DNA of 64,000 nucleotides from Minisyncoccia bacterium (GTDB taxonomy: Bacteria; Patescibacteriota; Minisyncoccia; Phycocordibacterales; Phycocordibacteraceae): contig JBEKII010000001.1 in assembly GCA_050011835.1 (NCBI GenBank), positions 22,473-86,472 on the forward strand, written 5' to 3'. Of this stretch, positions 37,609 through 47,367 are shown piece after piece; the first letter of the stretch is position 1, and every line of letters begins with the position of its first letter. The notes under the pieces are model-generated. The model was given only the letters and a program-made list of their open reading frames with translations, ran no database searches and was not told the origin of the DNA. Made by a program: the position numbers and the translations under genes.

Positions 37609-38679
37609 ATGGATATTTTTATTGTTGTTGTTGTCATTCTCGTTTTGCTCGTTGCGCAAGGTTTGAGCTTGTATTTCATACTGCACCGCCGCGAATCGCC
37701 TACCGAGAGCGGCGGCATGGTGCTCTTACAACAACAAATGCAGGAACTCGCGCGCACGCTAGACGCGCGCGTCTCGGAATCGTCGCGCACGATGCAGGAG
37801 AACGCGCATCGCCAATTTTCTGAATCTTCGCGGTTGATTAAAGAGATTACGCAGGAAGTGACGTCGGTAAAAGAGATCGGCCGCCAGACCCAAGGGTTCG
37901 CCGAACAATTGCAAAATCTCCAAGACATTCTGAAAAATCCGAAACAGCGCGGCATCCTCGGTGAGTATTATCTGGAAACCGTTTTGAAGAACGTGCTTCC
38001 GCCCGGCATGTATCAGATGCAGTATCCGTTTAAAAATGGCGAGATCGTGGATGCCGCCGTCTTCGTGGGCGACAAAATCGTTCCGATTGATTCAAAATTT
38101 TCGCTGGAAAATTACAATCGTCTCGTGCACGCGAACGAGGCGGAGAAGCCCGCATTTGAAAAAGCGTTCGTGAATGACCTCAAGATGCGCATCCAAGAAA
38201 CCGCAAAATATATCCGCCCGGAAGAAAACACGATGGACTTCGCGTTTATGTTTATTCCTTCGGAAGGCATTTACTATGACCTCCTGACCAATCAAGTTGG
38301 CGGCGGCCCCTCGACCGGACTCGGGGCAGGCGAGAACGAAAACCTCATTCAAAGAGCGGCAGGGAAGTATAAAGTCATCATTGTTTCGCCGACTTCGTTT
38401 CTTGCCTACCTTCAAACCGTCATGCAAGGGTTGAAGGCGCTTAAGATTGAAGAAAAGGCGGCAGAAATTCAACAGAGAGTAGGGGAGTTGGGGAAGCACA
38501 TCGGCGCGTATGAAGATTTCTATCGGAAACTCGGCGTCTCACTCGGCACAACCGTCAGCCACTACAACAGCGGCTACAAAGAGCTCGGAAAAATTGATAA
38601 AGATGTGTACCGTATCGCCGACTCCAAAATTGGCATCGAGCCCGAACTCCTTGACAAACCGCTGACTACAGAGGAGTAG
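37609..38679 (+). CDS. rmuC: DNA recombination protein RmuC
   Basis: RGILGE..LE, VPIDSKF, FMFIPSE, VSPT. Confidence 0.92.
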   Translation: MDIFIVVVVILVLLVAQGLSLYFILHRRESPTESGGMVLLQQQMQELARTLDARVSESSRTMQENAHRQFSESSRLIKEITQEVTSVKEIGRQTQGFAEQLQNLQDILKNPKQRGILGEYYLETVLKNVLPPGMYQMQYPFKNGEIVDAAVFVGDKIVPIDSKFSLENYNRLVHANEAEKPAFEKAFVNDLKMRIQETAKYIRPEENTMDFAFMFIPSEGIYYDLLTNQVGGGPSTGLGAGENENLIQRAAGKYKVIIVSPTSFLAYLQTVMQGLKALKIEEKAAEIQQRVGELGKHIGAYEDFYRKLGVSLGTTVSHYNSGYKELGKIDKDVYRIADSKIGIEPELLDKPLTTEE

Positions 38680-38929
38680 CAAAATTGGCGTTAATGTGCT
38701 AGGATGATTTTCGGACTGGATGGTTGAAGAGATTCGGAAGGTTAATCCTTACCAACCCGCGCTGTTCGGACAATAGACAGCATCTTGACAAAAGATTCTC
38801 GGCTAGTTGGGTTAGACATAGGTCTCACGGACATCGCACTGACGGCTATGTCTCGGTCGGATAGTGGAGACACTCTGCCTGTGTTAAGACGATGGAATCC
38901 CCCAATGAATAAGCCCTGTTCAGTACCAG

Positions 38930-38961
38930 CAAGACCGCGCATTTTTGCGCGGTCTTGTTTT
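38930..38961 (+). terminator. Strong intrinsic terminator
   Basis: 12-bp perfect stem caagaccgcgca/tgcgcggtcttg followed by T4. Confidence 0.65.
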
Positions 38962-39035
38962 GTAACAAGGTTGGACATTGTAAATTTCGGAAATGCACTC
39001 ATGTGAGTAGACAATTTATTGCTATATTAAGACGC

Positions 39036-39536
39036 ATGGCGAAGCTATGTGAACAAAAGAAACTTGTAAAAAAGTTAAACAATTTCTACGACCTCACTGG
39101 ATATTCTGACGAAGAAGCCAGACGGTACAGGTTGAGGCACAATGGCGAGGGAGTACCAGAAGGAGACTTCATTGGTTTTCTTGAAATTAACGATTTAAGC
39201 TGGCGAGAGAAAATTAGATATTGGTGGAAGAAAGATAATTTTTCTAAGAAAACTGGCTTTATCTTGGATCGTAGGCAAAAAGTAATTCAGCTTTATGAGC
39301 GGTGTGTAGAATCTGGATTTATCAACCCACCCAAAGGACAAGAAAAGATTATTAGTATAACCAAGAAAGGAGAAGATTTGCTCCATTCGTTAGGTTTTGT
39401 AGAACAAGTTTTAGCAAAATATCCAATTACTTGGGATTTCATAATTAAAGTCGGCATAGGGCTTGCTGGTACTGGTGTAGGCACGTATTTTTTAATCAAA
39501 CTAGGTAATTATATAATTCACTACATTCCTCACTAA
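39036..39536 (+). CDS. Hypothetical protein, C-terminal TM
   Basis: Leaderless TG-C-TATATT start; AT-rich. Confidence 0.65.
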   Translation: MAKLCEQKKLVKKLNNFYDLTGYSDEEARRYRLRHNGEGVPEGDFIGFLEINDLSWREKIRYWWKKDNFSKKTGFILDRRQKVIQLYERCVESGFINPPKGQEKIISITKKGEDLLHSLGFVEQVLAKYPITWDFIIKVGIGLAGTGVGTYFLIKLGNYIIHYIPH

Positions 39537-39553
39537 ATGCTATAATACAATCA

Positions 39554-39856
39554 ATGAAAACATTGCTGGGATTTTTAGTGGTTGCTTTAGTTGCAGTTTC
39601 CATATGGTTCGGTATAGATCATCACAACCTTATCCAAAAACTCTCAAAAGAGACAAATATTACGAGTGGTTTCGTCCCACTGACGCAGGAACAATGGCAA
39701 TCAGAGGTGGATGCTGGTTTCTCCCCACAGCAAATAATCCAGTTCGAAAAGATACGTAAAGCAAAACAACCATGTCCGACAAGTGATCCTGCTGGATTGT
39801 TTACAAACTGTACAGCAACAACAACTGGCAATCCCAATAATCCCTTGGGGATATAA
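39554..39856 (+). CDS. Secreted/membrane hypothetical protein
   Basis: Signal/TM; TG-C-TATAAT upstream. Confidence 0.65.
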   Translation: MKTLLGFLVVALVAVSIWFGIDHHNLIQKLSKETNITSGFVPLTQEQWQSEVDAGFSPQQIIQFEKIRKAKQPCPTSDPAGLFTNCTATTTGNPNNPLGI

Positions 39857-39904
39857 TTAGCAATCACTTGCCTTTTGTAAAGAGAGATGCTAGGTTGAAG
39901 TGGT

Positions 39905-40168
39905 ATGCCTAAAACCAAAGAAAAAGAAGGTCTCGTGGGGAAGGTTACTCACCTCTACCGGAAGATAGATGTGGTTATCGTTAAGCTCTCGGGAAGCGTT
40001 TCCGTCGGCGACACGCTTCATTTCACAGGGAGCGGACACGACTTTGAGGAAAAAATTTCCTCTATACAAATTAATCACAAAGATGTCTCTTCGGCCAAGA
40101 AGGGCGACGAGGTGGGGATGAAAATTTCTGGCCCTGCCCGCGAAGGCGACGAGGTTTACAAAGAATAA
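39905..40168 (+). CDS. Translation-factor beta-barrel-like small protein
   Basis: VGKVTH, SIQINHKDVSSAKKGDEVG, REGDEVY. Confidence 0.8.
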   Translation: MPKTKEKEGLVGKVTHLYRKIDVVIVKLSGSVSVGDTLHFTGSGHDFEEKISSIQINHKDVSSAKKGDEVGMKISGPAREGDEVYKE

Positions 40169-40212
40169 CCCCGGCTTTCCTTTTTTGAGAAAGCGTGCTA
40201 GACTGGGGAACT

Positions 40213-40530
40213 ATGGAAGTGGCCGTCATCAAGACCGGCGGAAAGCAGTATGTCGTCTCTATAGGCGACATTATTGCAATAGAGAAGCTCCCCGGAGATC
40301 TGAAGAAAGGTGACACGGTTGTCTTTAACGAGGTGCTCCTCGTGGATAACGGTTCGGACACGACCATCGGGGCTCCTCTCATTAAGGGAGCCGAGGTCAA
40401 GGGCACCGTTGTTCTCGCCGGTAAAGCGAAGAAGACTGAAGTGGTGAAGTATAAACCGAAGAGCCGCTATTACAAGCGTCGCGGGCACCGCCAGCCATTG
40501 CTCAAAGTGAAAATTGATTCAATTTCTTAA
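40213..40530 (+). CDS. rplU: 50S ribosomal protein L21
   Basis: AVIKTGGKQY, GHRQ. Confidence 0.97.
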   Translation: MEVAVIKTGGKQYVVSIGDIIAIEKLPGDLKKGDTVVFNEVLLVDNGSDTTIGAPLIKGAEVKGTVVLAGKAKKTEVVKYKPKSRYYKRRGHRQPLLKVKIDSIS

Positions 40531-40542
40531 AACTTTTATAGA

Positions 40543-41796
40543 ATGCAAATAGGTAGATGGAATCACCAGTCCACTGGTAATCGTTCCAGTGGTAATAACT
40601 CTTTTAAAACGCGCTCGTCACGCGGCGGTTTTCATAATCGTGGGCGTGCGCCCGTTCGGCGCGCGGGCTTCGGCTCTTTCGGCACGACGGAATCTGAAAT
40701 TGCGAAATTTAGAAACAAAGCAGTGACCGTAGTAGAGACATCGGTCTTTGTTCCCGAAAACACGTTCGCTGGTTTTGATATCAATGAACATTTAAAAAAG
40801 AACATTATCGCACGTGGCTACGAGACGCTGACGCCGATTCAAGACAAAGCCATCCCGCATATTCTCGCGGGGCAGGATGTTGTCGGCCTCGCCGAGACCG
40901 GAACGGGGAAGACCGCGGCTTTTCTTATTCCGCTTATTGACAAGGTAATAAAACAAAAGAATGAGCGCGTTCTTATCATGGCTCCGACGCGCGAGCTCGC
41001 GGTGCAGATTGAAAAAGAACTCGCCGGTTTCGCGCGTGGAACAGGATTGCGCGGCGTGGTCGCGGTGGGCGGTGCGAATATTGGCCCACAAATTTCCGCA
41101 CTCCGTCACAATCCCGCGTTCGTTATTGGTACGCCCGGGCGGCTGAAGGATTTAATGGAGCGTCATGCGCTCGACCTTTCTGGCTTCGGCACCGTCGTTC
41201 TTGACGAAGCGGACCGCATGCTGGATATGGGATTCATTGACGATATGCGATTCATTCTTGGGAAAATGCGCCGCGAGCGTCACACGCTTTTCTTCTGCGC
41301 GACAATGTCCAAGGATATTGAACGGATTATCGGTGAGTTCCTCTCCAAGCCGGTTATTATTTCGGTGAAAACGCGCGATACCGCTCGCAATATTGAGCAA
41401 GACGTCATCCGCATCCCGCGCGGGAAGGATAAGTTTGATGTGCTGGCTGAACTTCTTAGTGACCGCGAGTTTAGCAAGGTGCTTGTCTTCGGCCGCACGA
41501 AGTATGGCGTTGAACGGCTTGCGAAAGACCTTTCGCGCCGCCATATTTACGCCGAGTCCATTCACGGCAACAAGACCTACAATGCCCGCATACGAGCGCT
41601 GGAGGCCTTCAAAGAGGGGAAAGTAACGGCACTTGTCGCGACCGATGTCGCCGCGCGTGGCTTGGACATCCCCGCCGTCTCGCACGTCATCAACTACGAC
41701 CTCCCGTCAACATACGAGGATTACATCCATCGTGTCGGCCGCACCGGCCGCGCGGATATGAAAGGGAAGGCGCTCACTTTCGTCCAAGGGCGCTAG
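40543..41796 (+). CDS. DEAD-box RNA helicase
   Basis: AETGTGKT, PTRELA, DEAD, HRVGRTGR. Confidence 0.95.
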   Translation: MQIGRWNHQSTGNRSSGNNSFKTRSSRGGFHNRGRAPVRRAGFGSFGTTESEIAKFRNKAVTVVETSVFVPENTFAGFDINEHLKKNIIARGYETLTPIQDKAIPHILAGQDVVGLAETGTGKTAAFLIPLIDKVIKQKNERVLIMAPTRELAVQIEKELAGFARGTGLRGVVAVGGANIGPQISALRHNPAFVIGTPGRLKDLMERHALDLSGFGTVVLDEADRMLDMGFIDDMRFILGKMRRERHTLFFCATMSKDIERIIGEFLSKPVIISVKTRDTARNIEQDVIRIPRGKDKFDVLAELLSDREFSKVLVFGRTKYGVERLAKDLSRRHIYAESIHGNKTYNARIRALEAFKEGKVTALVATDVAARGLDIPAVSHVINYDLPSTYEDYIHRVGRTGRADMKGKALTFVQGR

Positions 41797-42395
41797 GTTT
41801 CTTTACGATTCGTGAGCGCCGCACGGAGGGTTTCGGGGTCGGAGTATTCAAGCTCGCTGCCGGTCGCGAGACCGCGACCGAGCTCTGAAATTTTTAAATG
41901 ATTGCGGTACGGCGCAAGGAGTTCGTGTATGCGGTCGGTTGTGTGTTCGCCCTCGCTCGTCGCCGAGAGCGCGAGCACAATTTCTTTGAGGTCTTGTTTC
42001 AAACGCTTTTCCACTATTTTTGCCAACTCCTTTTCGCGGATGACACCCTTGCCTGAAAGAGTGAGTACACCGCCGAGGACGAAATAACGGCCGTGATACG
42101 TGCCGGCGCGTTCCACCGCGGCGAGGTCCTGGTCTTTTTCAACAAGCATCAATTGCGTGTCGTCACGCGTTTTGTCGGAACAATAATTGCAAAGAGTCAC
42201 GCCGTTGTTATGAAAACGTAAGCACTCCGGGCACTGCCGAACATTTTTACCTAGCGACGCGATAAGTTCGGCGAGTTTTGCGCGTTCGTGGGCGGGAGCG
42301 GCGAGCAGATAATAGACGAAGCGTTTGCCTTGCCGCGGACCGATACCGGGGAAGCGAGAAAGCGCGGCGGCGAGTTCGTCAATGTGGTCATTCAT
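41793..42395 (-). CDS. recR: Recombination protein RecR
   Basis: PGIG HhH, C4 Zn finger, Toprim. Confidence 0.93.
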   Translation of the reverse strand: MNDHIDELAAALSRFPGIGPRQGKRFVYYLLAAPAHERAKLAELIASLGKNVRQCPECLRFHNNGVTLCNYCSDKTRDDTQLMLVEKDQDLAAVERAGTYHGRYFVLGGVLTLSGKGVIREKELAKIVEKRLKQDLKEIVLALSATSEGEHTTDRIHELLAPYRNHLKISELGRGLATGSELEYSDPETLRAALTNRKET

Positions 42396-43654
42396 GATTT
42401 ATGTCGCCGCCGCCTCGGCATTTGTGGGATGCCGATGAGTGATGACGGGAAGAGTGTCTTCGGTCGTGCGTACACCACATATATTATTAACGCGATAAAA
42501 ATTGGAAGCGTGCAGGCAGCAATTGCCCATCCCGGGCCGCCTATCGCGAAAAGAGACCCGGCGACGATCGGGCCTATGGCATACCCCAAATCTTCAGAGA
42601 AGGATATGACACCCGCGATGGCGCCGTCGTGCGCGTGTTCCTTGTCAAGTGAGTGGAGCCATGACCAGAGCGATAGCCCCGTCGTTTCGTCGCCGGAGGT
42701 TGCGAGGAATCCAAAGAGAAGGAAAAGAGGACCTATTGTTATTCCAATAAGCATTCCCATAAGCGCAAAAATAAGTAAGCCATAAAATACCAAGAGCCGT
42801 TTGTTTCCGCGGTCAACGATCGTGCCGATGAGAACGCCGAGCAGGACAACCGTCAAATCAAAAATGCCGAGCCCGAGTCCTAACAATTGTTGGTGGGGAT
42901 TGCTCGCGATAACAAGCGGCACAACAAACCAAATCGCGCCATAAAAGATAGAACCGGCCAATGTGTAAGCACAGAGCATACCACTCGCTGGATTGAGTTT
43001 CTTAAGGGTCTTAAATGTTTTAAAGAATGAGATACGGCGAATGTGATAAGGTTCGGCCGGCAAAATATGTTCTCCATGAATGACTGGCTTATCGGGCGGG
43101 CTCGCCCAGAGAACGATAATCGCTAAGAAAAGAAGTGCCAGTAAGATGATTCCCATAATAAAAGGGGCGAAAAGGAGAACGAAAGGGAGTGATATACTCG
43201 CGAGAACAACCCCGATAGAATAAAAAATGTCACGTAGCGCAATGAATCTACCGCTGGTTTCTTTTTGGGCATGAGAGAGCACATACGCATTTACTCCCGG
43301 TGCGAAGAAGAGCCAGCCGATAACGCTCAACGTTATGCTCAAAATATAATTAACGAGTGAAAATTGCGTAAGCAGAAATGCCGCTCCGACAAAAGCGACC
43401 CATCCGACAGCGAGCATCCGTCGTCGACCAAACCGGTCAATGAGATAGCCGGCCGGCATGTCAAGAAACATTTGGAAAAGAGATTCACCGCCGATAAGAA
43501 GGCCGATAATCCATAACGGCAGAAGCCGCGCGCCGAGTGGCGAGAGGAGCGAATAATGGAGCGTCGCCGCGAATTTATAAAATGCAAGGAAGAGCCAAAA
43601 TGCCCAAAATGAACTAAGCAGGGTGGTGGTGACGCGACTCGAGGAAGAGGTCAT
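42392..43654 (-). CDS. MFS transporter
   Basis: ~12 TM segments, DRFGRR motif. Confidence 0.88.
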   Translation of the reverse strand: MTSSSSRVTTTLLSSFWAFWLFLAFYKFAATLHYSLLSPLGARLLPLWIIGLLIGGESLFQMFLDMPAGYLIDRFGRRRMLAVGWVAFVGAAFLLTQFSLVNYILSITLSVIGWLFFAPGVNAYVLSHAQKETSGRFIALRDIFYSIGVVLASISLPFVLLFAPFIMGIILLALLFLAIIVLWASPPDKPVIHGEHILPAEPYHIRRISFFKTFKTLKKLNPASGMLCAYTLAGSIFYGAIWFVVPLVIASNPHQQLLGLGLGIFDLTVVLLGVLIGTIVDRGNKRLLVFYGLLIFALMGMLIGITIGPLFLLFGFLATSGDETTGLSLWSWLHSLDKEHAHDGAIAGVISFSEDLGYAIGPIVAGSLFAIGGPGWAIAACTLPIFIALIIYVVYARPKTLFPSSLIGIPQMPRRRRHKS

Positions 43655-45012
43655 AACGGAAATTCTTGCGCGAGTTCGCCATAGCCCGATACGTCTACCG
43701 GCTGGAAGGTGGCGCGCTTCTCGTCAAAATAGAGTTCGGTTTTCCCCGTCGGGCCGTTTCGATGTTTTTCAATGAGAATTTCCGCGATGTTCGGTCTATC
43801 GCTTTCGGGATTGCGCTTGTCCTCGCGATGGATAAACATCACGACATCCGCATCTTGCTCAATGCTTCCAGAATCGCGCAAGTCAGAAAGACGCGGCTTG
43901 CCGCCGCGCTGTTCCACCGCACGAGAAAGTTGCGAGATCGCAATGACCGGCACCTTGAGTTCGCGCGCGAGCGACTTGAGCGAACGAGAAATTTCGGTGA
44001 CTTGTTGGACGAGGGAGTCAGAGGCTCTCGTTGTCGTTGGCGCCATAAGCTGGAGATAGTCCACGATGATAAGCCCGATACCTCGGTCCCTCTTTAATCG
44101 TCTCGCGACCGCGCGCATCGCGAGGATATTGTTGCCCGGCTTGTCGTCAATATAAATAGGAGCTTTTGAGAGCGATTCAAGCGCATCGCGAATGCGATTG
44201 AAATCTTCCGTGTCTTTTATTTGGCCCGTGCGCAGTTTCCATGAATTGACAAAGGATTCTGCGGCGAGCATGCGGTCAATCAGTTGTTCCGAACTCATTT
44301 CAAGCGAGAAAATTCCGACAGGAACATTGTGGCGCAGGGCAGCGTTGCGCGCGATGTCAAGCGCAAGCGAAGTTTTTCCCATGGAAGGGCGCGCGGCAAT
44401 GATGACGAGGTCGGAAGGATGGAATCCCGAGAGAAGATTGTCCAGAGTGGGGAAGCCCGATGGCACGCCGCGGATGCCGCCTTCTTTTTTTGACAGCGCT
44501 TCAATGCGGTCCCACGCCTCGTGGATTTTATCGCCAATGGTGATGAATTTATGCGCGGAAGAAGCATCGCCAATGGCGTAAATGCTTTTTTCGGCTTCAT
44601 CAAGTACTTCCATCGTATCGCGCGCTTCATCATACGCAGATTCGGTAATGCTATAGGCGGCATCAATCAGCGAGCGCATCAAGAATTTGCGCGAGACGAG
44701 TTCGGCATAATGGGAGAAGTTGCCGGGCGCGGGCGCCGAACCGGCAAGTTCAGCGAGATAGCTGCGGCCACCGCCGTGTTCAAGCAACCCCTGATCCTGC
44801 ATCCGTTGCGAAAGGGAGAGAAGGTCTATAGGTTCGCCGCGCTGCGCGAGCTCGCTCATCGCGCCAAATATAATCCGATGTTTTTCTGCGTAAAAAGAAT
44901 TGGCGTTGATGATATCCGAAACATCATAAATGGCATCGGGTTTGAGCAAGAGGGCGCCCAGAAGAGCGCGCTCGGATTCGAGTGATTGCGGCGGGACGCG
45001 GTCGGAAGCCAT
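43651..45012 (-). CDS. dnaB: Replicative DNA helicase
   Basis: AARPSMGKT, DYLQL, DLRDSGSIEQDAD. Confidence 0.97.
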   Translation of the reverse strand: MASDRVPPQSLESERALLGALLLKPDAIYDVSDIINANSFYAEKHRIIFGAMSELAQRGEPIDLLSLSQRMQDQGLLEHGGGRSYLAELAGSAPAPGNFSHYAELVSRKFLMRSLIDAAYSITESAYDEARDTMEVLDEAEKSIYAIGDASSAHKFITIGDKIHEAWDRIEALSKKEGGIRGVPSGFPTLDNLLSGFHPSDLVIIAARPSMGKTSLALDIARNAALRHNVPVGIFSLEMSSEQLIDRMLAAESFVNSWKLRTGQIKDTEDFNRIRDALESLSKAPIYIDDKPGNNILAMRAVARRLKRDRGIGLIIVDYLQLMAPTTTRASDSLVQQVTEISRSLKSLARELKVPVIAISQLSRAVEQRGGKPRLSDLRDSGSIEQDADVVMFIHREDKRNPESDRPNIAEILIEKHRNGPTGKTELYFDEKRATFQPVDVSGYGELAQEFPL

Positions 45013-45026
45013 TACTGTCAATTGTA

Positions 45027-46499
45027 TCAAAGGACCGTCCGAGTCAATACCGGCCCATCAGACCCGTCATCCACACGATATCCCCTGTGTTCAATGTCGT
45101 TCCGGATACGGTCGGCCTCATTAAAATCTTTGGAGGCGCGCGTCGCTTCCCTGCGAGCGAGCATTTCTTTGATTTCTTTGGGTAATTCCGTTTCTTTTTG
45201 AACATGCGATGCGGGCGGAGTGAGAAGCGAGAGTCCCAGATGCGCATCGGCATCTTTTATAAGGCCGTATTTTTCTTCAGGCGTATAATCTTCGCTCTTA
45301 AGGGAATCCCAAAGGATGCCGAGTGCCTGCGGTGTCGCCAGGTCGTCGCGTACGGTAGCGAGAAAGAGCTCACGCGCTTCCGAAGGCGCGCTTCTCAATC
45401 GTGATTCGCGCGCGACGTCGCGCGAAAGATTCCAGAGTCGTTCAAGGGCGCTTGCCGCGCCCGCGAGTGCATCCCACGAAAAGGAGAGGGGAGTGCGATA
45501 GTACGCTTGAAGGAAAAAATAACGCAGCGAGAGCGGATGAAATCCTTTCTCAACGATGTCGGAGAGATACACGACATTGCCGAGCGACTTTGAGATTTTT
45601 TCTCCTTTCATAGTGAGAAATGAGTTGTGCATCCAGTAGTGAACGAAGGTGCGGCCGCTCGCCGCCTCGGACTGTGCAATCTCGTTGTTGTGATGTATGG
45701 CAATATGTTCTTCGCCACCCGTGTGAATGTCAATTTCCTGACCAAGCAGCGAGCGCGCCATCGCCGAACATTCAATATGCCATCCGGGATTGCCGCGGCC
45801 CCAGGGCGAGTCCCATTGTTGGAGATCGCCCGGCTTCGCGAGACGCCAGAGGACGAAATCAGCGGGATGGCGTTTCCCGAGAATGACTTTAACGCGAGCG
45901 CCTGCTTCCAGCTTCGCGCCAGAGAGCCCGCCGAGCTTCCCATAGCCAGGGAATTTTTGGGTATTGAAATAAAGCCCGTCGGAAAGGCGATAGGCGAATC
46001 CTTTTTCTTCAAGCGTTTTAACGAGCGCGATTTGTTCTTTTATGTATTCAGTCGCACGAGGAAAGAGGATAGCATCGGTATCAATATTAAGTTCCGCCAG
46101 GTCCTCCGTGAAAAATTTTGTATAGCGCGCCGCAATTTCCTTCGGTGTCGTATGTTCGCGTAAAGCGCCCGCCGTCATCTTGTCAACGCCCTCATCGCCA
46201 TCGCCGACCAGATGTCCGACATCCGTGATATTTATCACGCGCCGCACGCGATAATCGGCTCCCTGCAGTATGCGGGCAATCGTGTCGGAAAAAACATACG
46301 CGCGAAGATTGCCGATGTGCGCGCGGTCATATACCGTTGGTCCGCAAGAATAGAAAAGCGCCAGCCCGGGCTTCTGCGGTATGAAAAGTTCTTTTTTGCG
46401 CGAGAGCGTATTTGTGAAAAATATTTGCGGCGAACGACCCCGAAGAGCGTTTGTCCTTTTTCCGCACAAATTTTCCCATAAGCGCGACATCCATCCCAT
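45027..46499 (-). CDS. cysS: Cysteine--tRNA ligase
   Basis: CGPTVY..HIGN, GWHIECS, KISKS. Confidence 0.96.
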   Translation of the reverse strand: MGWMSRLWENLCGKRTNALRGRSPQIFFTNTLSRKKELFIPQKPGLALFYSCGPTVYDRAHIGNLRAYVFSDTIARILQGADYRVRRVINITDVGHLVGDGDEGVDKMTAGALREHTTPKEIAARYTKFFTEDLAELNIDTDAILFPRATEYIKEQIALVKTLEEKGFAYRLSDGLYFNTQKFPGYGKLGGLSGAKLEAGARVKVILGKRHPADFVLWRLAKPGDLQQWDSPWGRGNPGWHIECSAMARSLLGQEIDIHTGGEEHIAIHHNNEIAQSEAASGRTFVHYWMHNSFLTMKGEKISKSLGNVVYLSDIVEKGFHPLSLRYFFLQAYYRTPLSFSWDALAGAASALERLWNLSRDVARESRLRSAPSEARELFLATVRDDLATPQALGILWDSLKSEDYTPEEKYGLIKDADAHLGLSLLTPPASHVQKETELPKEIKEMLARREATRASKDFNEADRIRNDIEHRGYRVDDGSDGPVLTRTVL

Positions 46500-46502
46500 A
46501 CG

Positions 46503-47312
46503 CTAAAAGAGCCAACGCATGCTAAGAGCGAGCGCAATGAGTTCTACGCTGAAAGTGATGACAGTCAGCATTTTCATAATTTGGTTTTGGCGCACTTCAA
46601 GCAACGCGGCATTGGTCTCGCGCAATTCGGTCGCGACTGCTCGATGCGCTGTCACTAATCGCATGACTTGCGCGCGTTCGGCGAGAATACGTTCGGCACG
46701 TTCGATGAAAGAAGCGTTAAAGAAGTCGCGCTGCGCGAGCGCCTTTAAGAAACGGCTCAACGGTTCTTCCTGATTTGCGAGTGCAGACTCCAGGTGCAGG
46801 AATTCGCGGCTAATATTTGAAATTGAACGTACGGTCGTGCGTTCGTGCCCGTCAAACATATCTCGTTCAATATTTTCAAGACGGCTCGCAATATAATTCG
46901 TGTGGTCGCATACCGAAGCATAGAGATGCGCGAAAATGATTTCCAGCAGGACATCGGTCGTAATGGGCTCGCGTTCGGTGACAAGGTCTCGCGTCTCAAG
47001 GAGTTTTTTCAAACGGTATAAAGAGGCGATTACTTCGTAACGCACTGTTATGATGAAATGTTTGCCAATAATAAAGTCAATTTCCTGATTTCCCGTTTCG
47101 TCATCTTTTTTTATGCTTTGCGCCGGGAAATGAAGCACGAGAAGCGCGCTCGTACCATCTCCCGTGACCAATGGCGTCGGGGTGGGGGAGAGAAGCTCGG
47201 TTTCAATGCGTTCATTGATTGAGAATTCTTGTGCGACGTGGCGTATCTCATCCCCAGTCGGTTGTTCAAGGTCAACCCATACACCGCCGCGATATTCATA
47301 TCGGAATACCAT
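46503..47312 (-). CDS. CorA-family protein, C-terminally truncated
   Basis: WVDLEQP, EIDFIIG, QNQIMKMLT; no GMN motif, one TM. Confidence 0.75.
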   Translation of the reverse strand: MVFRYEYRGGVWVDLEQPTGDEIRHVAQEFSINERIETELLSPTPTPLVTGDGTSALLVLHFPAQSIKKDDETGNQEIDFIIGKHFIITVRYEVIASLYRLKKLLETRDLVTEREPITTDVLLEIIFAHLYASVCDHTNYIASRLENIERDMFDGHERTTVRSISNISREFLHLESALANQEEPLSRFLKALAQRDFFNASFIERAERILAERAQVMRLVTAHRAVATELRETNAALLEVRQNQIMKMLTVITFSVELIALALSMRWLF

Positions 47313-47367
47313 GATTCTAGAATACCATATGTGCCTTTGCCGCTCCATGTATGCTACACTCCGTAAA

